This document shows, in pieces, positions 17,899 through 28,200 of a stretch of DNA of 64,000 nucleotides. A program made the translations under genes and the position numbers. Source of the stretch: an uncultured Christensenellaceae bacterium. Lineage in GTDB: Bacteria; Bacillota; Clostridia; Christensenellales; Borkfalkiaceae. Position 1 is the stretch's first letter. Each line of letters opens with the position of its first letter. Under the pieces are notes generated by a model. It was not told where the DNA came from. It was given only the letters and a program-made list of their open reading frames with translations, and ran no database searches. The stretch spans positions 103,725 to 167,724 of the forward strand of contig CAJULB010000003.1 of NCBI GenBank assembly GCA_910587005.1. Direction: 5' to 3'.

Positions 17899-18176
17899 CG
17901 CTTGCATACAAAAGACAAGGCAAGTTTTCCGGTATTCTGCACGTCTAAGGACTGCCGAACAGAAAAGATTTGAGAATGAAGGGGGCTTCCGTCCTGCCTG
18001 CGCTTAAAAAGCAACGCTTTAAAAGCAAAGGCGAAACCTGCTCAACCTTGACCCAACGGCTTCGGCTGAAACAAACCGTCGCATTTGGTTCATTAGCATG
18101 CTTGCATGCGGTTGAGCATTTTTTTATGCAATTTTTTTGCCGAGATGTTCGGCTGTACTGTTTTTATAGGTGAACG

Positions 18177-18207
18177 CCCCCCGACCGCGCGTTGCGCGGT
18201 CGGGGGG
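18177..18207. other. Perfect 14-bp GC-rich hairpin with a 3-nt loop
   Basis: CCCCCCGACCGCGC-GTT-GCGCGGTCGGGGGG, with all 14 pairs Watson-Crick. No T-run follows. It lies between the TR array and the G-rich repeat. Confidence 0.7.
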
Positions 18208-18230
18208 CTATCTTAATGGGGGGCAGGGGG

Positions 18231-18357
18231 TAAGCCACCCCCCTTAGTCCCCCCGCCGAGGGCAGGGGGTAGGTATTGGACAATCTCCGCCGAGGGCAGG
18301 GGGTAATAATGCGGTAAAAATCCCCCGCCTGGGCGGGGGAATAAAAGGGGGTGGGAT
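18231..18357. repeat. G/C-rich composite repeat, left copy (flanks the DUF559 gene)
   Basis: Modules: TAAGCCACCCCCCTTAGTCCCC, then CCGCCGAGGGCAGGGGGTA (x2), then the TCCCCCGCCTGGGCGGGGG palindrome, then AATAAAAGGGGGTGGGAT. A direct repeat of 18769..18896. Confidence 0.85.
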
Positions 18358-18384
18358 AAATTCCAACAAAATTATTCAGTGTAT

Positions 18385-18729
18385 TTAAATGTTTAAATGG
18401 CTGTAAATATCGGCGCAGACAGATTTAAATTCTGAATTTACTTGTCGGTTAGAGTACCTCAAAACGGTATAACCCAAAGAATTAAGAAAATTATCCCTTT
18501 CAACGTCTTTTTCCGCGTGTCCGTCCCAATAATGTTGAGAACCGTCAAGTTCGATAATCAGTTTTTGTTTCGGACAGCAAAAGTCCACAATGTAATTTTC
18601 TATAACTTTCTGCCGCCAAAACCTTACAGGCAGTTTATTCAGGAATTGAAACCAAAGTTTTTTTTCTTCTTTGGTTTGATTACTACGCAGTACGCGTGAG
18701 TTTTTAAGCATATTTGAGTTTAGCTTCAT
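18385..18729 (-). CDS. DUF559 endonuclease-domain protein (Vsr-like fold)
   Basis: 'LRSNQTKEEKKLWFQFLN...YIVDFCCPKQKLIIELDGSQH...D..RDNFLNSLGYTVLRYSN' is the typical DUF559 pattern. Start trimmed to the ATG at 18729, because the track ORF extends into the G-rich repeat. Confidence 0.75.
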   Translation of the reverse strand: MKLNSNMLKNSRVLRSNQTKEEKKLWFQFLNKLPVRFWRQKVIENYIVDFCCPKQKLIIELDGSQHYWDGHAEKDVERDNFLNSLGYTVLRYSNRQVNSEFKSVCADIYSHLNI

Positions 18730-18768
18730 AGCAAAAGTATAACATTTATTTGTTTTAAATGCAAGTGT

Positions 18769-18896
18769 TAAGCCACCCCCCTTAGTCCCCCCGCCGAGGG
18801 CAGGGGGTAATAATGCGGTAAAAATCCCCCGCCTGGGCGGGAACAACACTACAACAAAATCCCCCGCCTGGGCGGGGGAATAAAAGGGGGTGGGAT
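18769..18896. repeat. G/C-rich composite repeat, right copy
   Basis: Same modules as 18231..18357, but here the CCCCCGCCTGGGCGGG palindrome module is duplicated instead of the CCGCCGAGGGCAGGGGGTA module. Confidence 0.85.
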
Positions 18897-18953
18897 TAGT
18901 GCAATTTTTCTGTTAAAAAGTAACAAAAAGAAATCGCGTAAAATTAAAAAAAA

Positions 18954-18980
18954 GTTCGCCTATTAATATGATAGGCGAAC
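18954..18980. repeat. Left 27-bp inverted repeat (self-palindromic arms), followed by a T7 run
   Basis: GTTCGCCTAT-TAATATG-ATAGGCGAAC. It is the exact reverse complement of 19132..19158, preceded by an A-run and followed by TTTTTTT. Confidence 0.9.
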
Positions 18981-19090
18981 TTTTTTTGTCGAACTTTGTC
19001 GAACAAAATTCACAAAACTACAAAAAAGGGTTAAAAATTGACAAATTATCATAAAATAGTATGGAAATATGAGAAATTTTTTAAAATTTG

Positions 19091-19119
19091 TTGACATAAT
19101 TTACAAATAGTGATAGTAT
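19091..19119 (+). promoter_or_regulatory. Candidate sigma-A promoter of the giant DGR-target gene, located between the two inverted repeats
   Basis: TTGACA (19091-19096), 17-nt spacer, TAGTAT (19114-19119), pointing toward the ATG at 19213. Confidence 0.5.
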
Positions 19120-19131
19120 ACGGGTACAAAA

Positions 19132-19158
19132 GTTCGCCTATCATATTAATAGGCGAAC
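19132..19158. repeat. Right 27-bp inverted repeat
   Basis: GTTCGCCTAT-CATATTA-ATAGGCGAAC. The arms match the left copy and the 7-nt centre is reverse-complemented. Confidence 0.9.
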
Positions 19159-19212
19159 ATTTGGTGCATAAAAAATTTAAAAATTGTTATAAAAAAAGGT
19201 AGGGTTTTTGGT

Positions 19213-22200
19213 ATGACAATACACAAGAAGGGGCAGGCGAAAAATAGCCGTTTTTACGCTATTTTTCACCGAAAAGCGACAAAAATCGGCACTTTATTTG
19301 CAACATTCGCGTTGAGCATTGCGTGCTTGACGGGCACGCTTTTGCCGTCGAAAACATCAAACGCAATGCAGGGCGGTGTTACTTATTCACAAATAGGTGA
19401 AATCTGGAATGACACGCGCAACCGCTTCAACTCGGCAGAGCTTACAAAGCTGTTCAATCAGCTTGCCGGCAGTGACTACACGGCGGCGACAAAACCGAAA
19501 GACGCGCTTGAAAACATCAAAACGCGTTTAAACCTTGACAGCAGTAAAAACGACTCTTACGGCACTAAGGCAATCAACGAAACGGCGGCAAACCATTATA
19601 ACCACCAGCTCACGTCAAACCAAATCCGTTTAAAAAACGGCGGTAAAGACATAGTTGTGGAGTTCGGCGGGCTTGAATGGACGGTAACATATCTGTCCTA
19701 CACAAAAACGGGCGAACCGATTGCCACGCTTTGGCTTGCCAACCCGCTTGGCACCAGCCGTTGGTCGGACTACTGGTACACTAAGTACACTACCACCAAC
19801 ATGACAAAGCAGTCCAACCTGTACGGTCAAAGCTATATCCGTTCGGAAACGTTAAACGCAGGCTCTCGCTATACCACGGTTGCGGGCGCTTCGGCAAGCA
19901 GTGTAAAGACGGATATAACCTCGGACGCAAGCGTTCAGTGGGTGGAAAACCAAAAGAGTTACGACAACCCTTTTGCAAAATTCACTATTAATAATAAGGA
20001 AACGGCTTACGACAACTCCGGCAACAACCCGCAGAAGTTCAAAGGCAGTTTAACCGAATTCCTTGCAACCCCGCGCGAGGTAAGCTGGCAGGAGGACCAA
20101 AGCTGGTCGGTATTCGGCAACCTCGACTATTCGTTGGGTAACGACAGCTGGGACGACCCTTACGTTATCGCCAACGGCGTAAGCGGAAACGGCGCGGTCG
20201 CTTCAACGTTCAACTACTACAATGCAGGCAACGGCGACTTCCGCCGTGCGTACGGCAGAACCACCGACAGCGACGGTGACGGATACGGCGACGGTCAGGT
20301 TTACAACGGCGCAGGCAAGTACAAAATTCAGTACACTGACTGGGCGGACGACTATGTATGGCTTCCTTCCTTAACAGAAACCGGCTACCAGAATAACGCA
20401 GGCACTTCAAAGTCCACGGTAGGCGGTGTTTGGTACCCTTCACAGGCACAGCGTAAATGCTTCGGCGGTACTAACGACGGTTTCAGCAGTTCCGACTCTT
20501 CCTGGCTGCGCTCCGGCGACTCTCTCAATGCTAACAATGCCCATGCACTGTCAGCCTCAGGTTACCCTACCTGGACCACTGTTTCGTCCGTCGCTGCTGT
20601 CCGCCCCGCGCTTCACTTAAATCTCGAATCTGCCGCTTCAGCGGCAAGGGGCATTGACGTACCCGAAGAGATTGAAACCGAAACCGCAAAAACGTACAGC
20701 GGTACGGCAATTGCAAGCCTGCAATATATCGACCTGACGAAAAGCGAAATCAGCAAGGTTGAATTAACAAAAACAGATAACAAAGGCAATCCAACTACGT
20801 CAACATTGACCGCGGGCGAATACTCGGTTACGGACGGCGTGTTTTATGCTACCAACGCGGGCAAATACAAGGTTACGTTCACAATAAAAAATCAAGCAAA
20901 CAAATGGGACGGTAGTACGGTTGACCCCGACACAGGGGTACCGATACACCCGACCGACCCCGACCAGCCCGTAATATACTGGGAAATTCTGGATTTGCCG
21001 GACGGTTACACACCGCAAGGCTCGTCCGACCTGCGATTGCAGGACCAGACGATAGAGTTTGAAATAGCCAAAGCCGAAACCGTTCTGTCCGACGTAAGGA
21101 GGACCGAAACCGCTCAGCTTTATACGGGCGGAGCGTTGCCTCCGCTGACCTGCACCACGTCGGTAAACGGCGCGGTAACTTTGGACAGCGACCAGACGCT
21201 TGACCACGAGGCTACGCTGTACAACTGGACGTTCCTGCCCTCCGGCGCGGACCAGTACAACTATAAACAGAAAACGGGCACCATAACGCTGAACGTTAAA
21301 AAACCGCTTTTGAAAACGCTGACCGCAACCTTTGACGCGGACGCATACAAAAGCGCGCTTGAAGCGGGCACGGCTTTACCGATATATTCCTCAACCCCGA
21401 TTGCAAATATCAAAGCTATAATAAGCAGTTTTGTAACCATTTCGGGTAAAAAAGAGGACGGAAACGCTTACACGTTGCCTATATATTATAATATTGATTA
21501 TAACGCAACCGACAAGCTGAACGGCAAACTGCAATACGGCACAACAAGCGTTGTGGCAAGCTATCAGGACGCGGATATGCTTGCGGAAGGCGTTGAAGCC
21601 GTTAAGTGCGATATCGAGGGGATACCCGTTATCGCCGTTGAAATGACGGGCATTACGCTTAACACCACATACAAAAACGTTTACAACGCGTACGATACGT
21701 TCGATACGACCGATTTGGTGGTTACGGCAACCTTTAACGATAATTCCACAAAGGTTATATCCTCTGCCGATTATACGGTTGAGTATGTTGACAGCACGCG
21801 CAGTAAGCTTTGGGCAAGCGACGGTTACGTTACCGTTAAGTACGTTTACAACGCCGAAAACGGCAAAGAGAATACCGACAGCAAAACCGCGTCGGTTACG
21901 GTAAACAAAATTAACTTTACGGGACTTACGTTTGAAAACAGCACCGTGCCTTACGACGGTGAAAACCACGCTATAACCGTAGGCGGAACGTTCGACCCCG
22001 ACAAAATGACAGCGGTTTACGCATATGCGGGCGCAGTAGGCAGCGGCAGGGTTAACGTGGGCGATTATACCGTTTCGGTTTCGCTTACGTTCACCGATAA
22101 CGAGCTTATAACCAACTATCACCCCGTAACCCTTGCGGACGTTACCCTTAAAATTACCGCGGTTGACTACGACGACCTTACTTCGCTTACGTTCAACAAC

Positions 22201-25200
22201 GTTTCGGCGGAGTTTATAGGGCAGTCGCTTGCTTCGGCTATAACCGCTTCGGGTATGCCTGCGGGCGTTACCGCAACATACACGTTTGCCGACAGCGAGG
22301 GCAACCCCGTTTCCTCGGCGGACGTTATAAACGCGGGTTCTTATACCGTTACCGCTAAGTTTAAGGTTGATAGCAACCACAACGCCATCCCCGACAAAAC
22401 GGCGGTATTGACGGTTACTCCCAAAACCATATTAATAAACAATTTAAGCGGAATTAATTCCGAATACACCTACGCGGGCAGTGCGTGGAGCAACCCCGCG
22501 CCTATATTGAAGGTTACGCTCGGCACGGACGCAACCGCAACAAATCTTGTAGCCGATACCGACTACACCGTAACTTATACGGTTACTGCTGGTACCGCGG
22601 GCAAGGCGGGCGCAACCGTTCTTGTTACCGTTACGGGTAAGGGCAACTACAAGGGTACGGTTACAAAATCGTTCTCAATCAAAAAAGCTACGCTTAATCT
22701 TACCTGGAACGCGGGTTCGCCCCAGTATGACGGAAACCCCCACGGCGCAACGCTTGAAGTAACGGGCGGAGTGCAGGCGGGCGACGAAAGCATTACAACC
22801 TCGGCTTTGGGCGCGCTTATCAGCGTTACCTATACTAAGGACGGAGCTACGGTAAGCGGAGTGCCCTCGGCAATGGGTATTTATACGCCTGCGTTCACCA
22901 ACTTCCCGACGAGCGAGCCGTATTCCAACTACGACTACGTTATAACCAACGTAGGATATAAGTATGAAATAACCGCGGCGGTTATTTCGGGAATTACTTT
23001 CGACGATTTATCCGTTGAATTCAACGGCAAAAACCAGACCATAGAAATCACCGCGTCAAGCGCGCTCCCCGCGGACGTTACCCCCGTATATTACTACAAG
23101 GGCACGTCAAACCTGTTCACGGGCGCAACCAACGCGGGAACGTATGAAGTTACCGTTAAGTTTGTAAGTGCAAGCGGAAACTACGCCGCGCCCGCGGATA
23201 TGGACGCAGTGCTTACAATCACGGCAAAGACGATTGCGGATATAAACGTAAGCAATATCAACAGCGAGTACGTTTATAAGGGCGAAGCGTGGAAGCCTTT
23301 GCCCGCGGTTGCCGTTGCTTTGGGTACGGATACCACGGCTACAACCCTTGCAAAGGACAGAGATTACACCGTTGCATACAGCACGGAGGATTATTCGGCG
23401 GGCACGACGGTTACTGTCACCGTTGAGGGTATAGGCAATTACAGCGGTACCGTTACCGTTGCGTTTGAAATTAAAAAGGCGACTTTGGGCGTTGATTTTA
23501 TCGGCACAGATAAAACTTACGTCTACAACGGCGTTGCGCAGGGCGTTACGGCGGTGTTCACGGGCGTTGCCGAAAGCGATAAGGACACTGTTGTGCCTAC
23601 AATCGTTTACGAAAGTGCGGACGGAACAACTTACCCCGCAAACGCAAATCTGCCCAAAAACGCAGGCAGTTACGTTATTAAAGTAACGCTTGACGCAACC
23701 TTCGCAAACTACGAAAGCTTTGCTGAAATTTCAGAAACGTTCGATATCGAAAAGGCAACCCCTGTAGTTCACGTTGCTTTCGATACCTATAATCCCGATA
23801 CCGACCGCATTTTTGCAGGCGGCGACCTGCCCGCGCTTAAAGTGGTTTCGGCAGTGTTCGGAAGCGTAACCGTAACCGGTACGGTTGACTGGCAGTTAGT
23901 TGACGGCGTTAAACCGCTTTTAACCACAGCGCTTACCGATTACGTTTGGGAATTTGTGCCTGCGGGCGACGACGCGGTTAACTTCAATAACTATACGGGC
24001 AAAATTCAGCTTTACGGCGAAGTGCCCGGTATTGCGGGTATTACCGTAGAGTGGAGGGCGGACGTACCTGCTCCCACGATTTACACGTCTACCTCGCTTG
24101 ACGATTTAAGAAAATATATTATCGTGCGCGCTACGCTGGACAACGGCAAACCCGCGGACGGTGAGATTACCGATTACACCCTTAAAGGCAACTGGGGCGC
24201 TGGCGTTAAGCCTGTTGACAACGTTACCGCAGACTATAACTTAACCGTAATTTCGGCAAACGGCAAATCCGCCGAGCTGGAAAACGTTAAGTATTACAAG
24301 GTTGAGCTTATCGGGCTTGACGTTGTGGCTTCGGACGCAGACGCAGGTATTAAATTAACCTACGCCGCGCTTACGAAGTTCGATAAGTCGAGCATTTCGG
24401 TCATAGCTTTGTATAACGACGGTAGCCGTGTTACTGACATTACCGATTACGAAATCAAATATCCCGTGGAGGGAGAGGACGTTCTTTGGGCGGGCAACAC
24501 TTACGTTACCGTATCCTATAAGGACGGCACCGTTGCAACCGCTAAGGAGTTTATAATTAACGGTTTAACGGTTAATTCGGTTAATTACGACCTTACGGAC
24601 GTTAAGTTTGCGGATACCTCCGTACCCTATGACGGTAACGAACATTCCGTTGTTGTTACGGGCTTGCCAGCAAGCGGTATGAAGCTTGAATACACTTACA
24701 ACGGTACGGCTCTGCCCGACGGCGTTAACGGTATGGTTGACGCGGGCAAGTACACGGTAAGCGTTAAGATTACCTTCACGGACAATAAATATATCGTTAA
24801 CTACAACGCGATTGTTTTAAGCGATATTACCCTCACGGTCGAAAAAATCGACTACGACGGAGTTGGCGATATTACGTTTGACGACGTTGCCGTTGATTAT
24901 AACGGCAGTGCGCGCGCAGACGAAATTGTTGCGGGCAATGTTCCCGCGGAAGTGGTTGCGCTGGGCGTAACTTACAAGTACGAGAAAGTCGGCGCAGACG
25001 GAACTTTGACCGAGTGCTCCGCGGAAGACGTAATTAACGCGGGCGAGTACAAGGTTACCGTTTCGTTCACGGTAGATAAAAACCATAAGGACATTCCCGC
25101 GGTTACCAAAACGCTTACTATTAACAAAATCGACCCCACTATTAACCCTACGGTTATCAGGGCGATTACGGGACAGCTTCTTATCGGCGCACAGCTTATT

Positions 25201-28200
25201 TCCGCCGACGGAGATACCCCCGGTAAGTACGAATGGATTAACCCCGACCATACTTTGGCAAACACCAACAACGAACAGTACAGATTTACCCCGACCGATA
25301 CGGTAAACTATAACGTTGTAACGAAAAATATCGTGTTTGCAGCGGAAACCAAGGTTTTACAGACTATCCGCGTAATATTTACGCAGGGCGATACAAAGCT
25401 TTACACCTCGTACACGATTGAAGACGTTAAAAAGCTTATCGACGAAGGTAAAATAAGCATACAGGTTATAGGCGTATATACAGACGGTTATAACGCTACC
25501 GAGGAAAATATTTCGGCAGGCTACGAGCTGTCCTTGCCCGACGGTGCAACGCATCTTACCGAGGGCGAGTGCCATATCAGCGTCAAGTACCAGCATGTTA
25601 CTAATTCCGACCGCTATCTTACGGTTACAAAAACCGAACTTGAAAGCATTACCCCCGTATTCGACCAGAAGGGCGTGCCTGTATACAGCACTCCCGACGA
25701 TATAGAAACGCTTAAAGCGCTTATCGCGGCGGGCACAGTTTCCCTCACGGTTACGGGTACCAACAACGACGGTAAAACCGCTACCGAGCCTTTCACCTAC
25801 ACAATTTCGGGCGACTGGTCAGGCATGACGGCGGACGGTAAGTTTGCTGTTACCGTTACGGTTGACGGAACAAGCATTTCAAATACCTTCGAAGTTGAAA
25901 TTACGCTTGCGGCAATAGCTTCAATTAAAGCGGAATTTGACCAGAAGGACGCGAAAATCTTCACTTCAACCGATTTGGACGGATTTAAACAGCTGCTTGC
26001 AAACGGCGAAGTTTCGCTTACCGTAAAGGCTTATTACAACAACGGCAAAAACGTTGAAATCAACCTTGCAACGGATACTTCCGACGGTTACACGCTTGCG
26101 CTTTCGACTGCTAATTTCGAAGTAGGCGGACTTGTAAACGTAAGCTATACGGTAAACGGCACGTCGTTCCCCGCATCGTTCGCAGTTGACGTTACGGAAG
26201 TGGAGGTAGTAAGCGTAAGCGCAACCGTTAAAGCCGGCTTCACCGTTTACACCGATACTACACTTGCAAACCTTAAAGACAATATACTTGCAACTGCTTA
26301 CCGCAACGACGGAACAAGCTTCGACGTACCCGCGGCAGACTTCTCGATTTCCCTGCCTGACGGAGAAACCAAGCTTACGGCAGGCGCGCAGAAAGTCGTA
26401 CTCGTCACATATAACGGTTCCGACAAATCTGCCGACTGCGCGGACTTCGGTCTTATTACCGGCGTAACCAAGCACGCAACCCAGATATACTATAACGGCA
26501 AGACCGAATTCACTTATACGGGCAGCGAGCAGGTTATCAACAGCGGAGCAACTACAACCAACACTCAGAGCCCGACGATTAAATATACAATCGGCGGAGC
26601 GGACGCTAAATTTACGGACGTACCCGCAAGCGGCGAGCTTGTTCTTAAAATCGAAGCGGCTGAAACCGACGATTACTTTGCGGCTGAAATTACTCTTACG
26701 ATAACCGTAAGCAAAGCCGACATAGATATGTCTGCGGTTGACTTCGACGACGTTGAATACAAGTATGACGGAACCGATAAGAGCATAACCGTTGATACAA
26801 GCAAGCTTCCTGCCGGCGTTACCGTAAGCGGTTATGAATATCTCGACACTTCGGACGGTACAACGCTTTCAACTTCAAGCGTATCTGCGGCGGGCGTGTA
26901 CAAAGTAACGGTTAAATTCACCGTTACCGATACCGACAACTACAATCTTGTAGCCAACAAAACCGCAACGCTTACAATCAAAAAAGCGGACTACGATATG
27001 ACCGGCGTTACCTTTAACGGCGATACGGTTACATATGACGGCAGCACGCATACCCTTTCGGTTGACGCAAGCAGTCTTCCCTCGGGCGTAACCGTTAAGG
27101 AATACGTTTACACCAACAAGGCGACGGGTGTTAAAGTAACCGATACCGGCGTTGCAAACGCAGGCGAATATACCGTTTCGGTAAGCTTCAACGTAGCTGA
27201 CGCAGTAAACAATAACGCAGTAGCCGATATGACCGCAACGCTTACTATAAACAAGGCGCAGACGGTTATAGATACTTCCGCAATTGTAACCGATTACACC
27301 TACGACGGACTTTCGCACACTGTAAGCGGCGCAACGCTTACCGCAGGCGAAACGGGCGCGGTTATACTGTATTCTTCAAACAGCACGTTTACCGACGTTC
27401 CCTCGGGCGGCAAGCTCACCGTTACCGTGTACGTTAACGACAGCACCAACTATATCGGCGCTTCGGCAACGGTTGAAATAACGGTTAGAAAAGCTTCTCT
27501 TACGATTACAGCGAAGGATAAGACGATATTCTACGGCGACGCACCCGCAAACGACGGAATTAACGAGCCTGTCGGCTTTGTTAACGGCGAAACCGTTGCA
27601 AACCTTAAAGGCAACGCAACATATTCTTACGATTATGCTAAGGGCGGCAACGTTGGCGATTACGTTATTACGGTAAGCGGATTTACTTCTGCAAACTATG
27701 ATATAACCTACGTTACAGGCACCCTTCACGTACTGCAAAAGACTGTTGCGGTTGAATGGACTTCACAGACCTATACGTTCGACGGAAACGGCCACGCTCC
27801 CACGGCTTCGTTTACGGGCATCGGCGGCGACAAAATCGCTATGACCGTAACGGTGGAAGAAAAGGGCGGTTCTGCCGTAACAGGCTTGCCCGTCAACGCT
27901 TCAACCTATGTTGCAACGGCGGCTTCGACCAACGCAAACTATAAGTTTACCGGCGAAACCAAGGAATTTACCATTAATCCCGCGGATATAAGAGTTACGG
28001 GCACGGGCGACCAGTTCTACCTCAGCGGCGGCAGTAAGGACATTACTATTGACGCGGCGGAAAACGGCAAATACGTGTACGTAATACTTCAGGGCAATGT
28101 TACGGGCGCAACGTTCGAGTACAGCCAGGCGCACAACACCTCGTCTGCATATCCCTCTCCCGAGGGGGAACACTCGTTCACAACCTCCAAACCCGTTATA

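Larger units (their letters stand above)
15361..20646 (+). mobile_element. Diversity-generating retroelement: RT - Avd - three template repeats - (DUF559 insert) - target gene VR plus downstream hairpin
   Basis: DGR-type RT, an Avd-like protein, and TR1/VR identity broken only at TR adenines. See the individual features and findings. Confidence 0.88.

Noticed and set aside
17970-18173. 67-aa ORF downstream of TR3
   Set aside because: It has no RBS and an odd composition. It lies in what is more likely the untranslated 3' part of the DGR RNA region, which contains several hairpins.
18730-18849. N-terminal 40-codon extension of the DUF559 ORF
   Set aside because: The extension reads through the G-rich repeat (PPRRG...GGGTKGGG). 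The DUF559 homology begins at the internal ATG (18729).
18210-18900. Possible CRISPR array, suggested by repeated G-rich units
   Set aside because: There are only two or three irregular copies of each module, with unequal spacing and a protein-coding gene in between. No cas genes are present, so this is not a CRISPR architecture.
19038-19062. Second TTGACA as an additional promoter for the giant gene
   Set aside because: The nearest -10-like hexamers (TAAAAT at 19052, TAGTAT at 19057) give spacers of only 8 and 13 nt, so this is not a convincing sigma-A promoter.
21391-22380. 329-aa minus-strand ORF, plus many smaller minus or out-of-frame ORFs inside 19213..29751
   Set aside because: These lie antisense to or out of frame with the giant repeat protein. 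The biased, repetitive codon usage of that gene (Thr/Val/Asn/Gly-rich) keeps alternative frames open. Their products are Arg/Asn/Val-rich nonsense.
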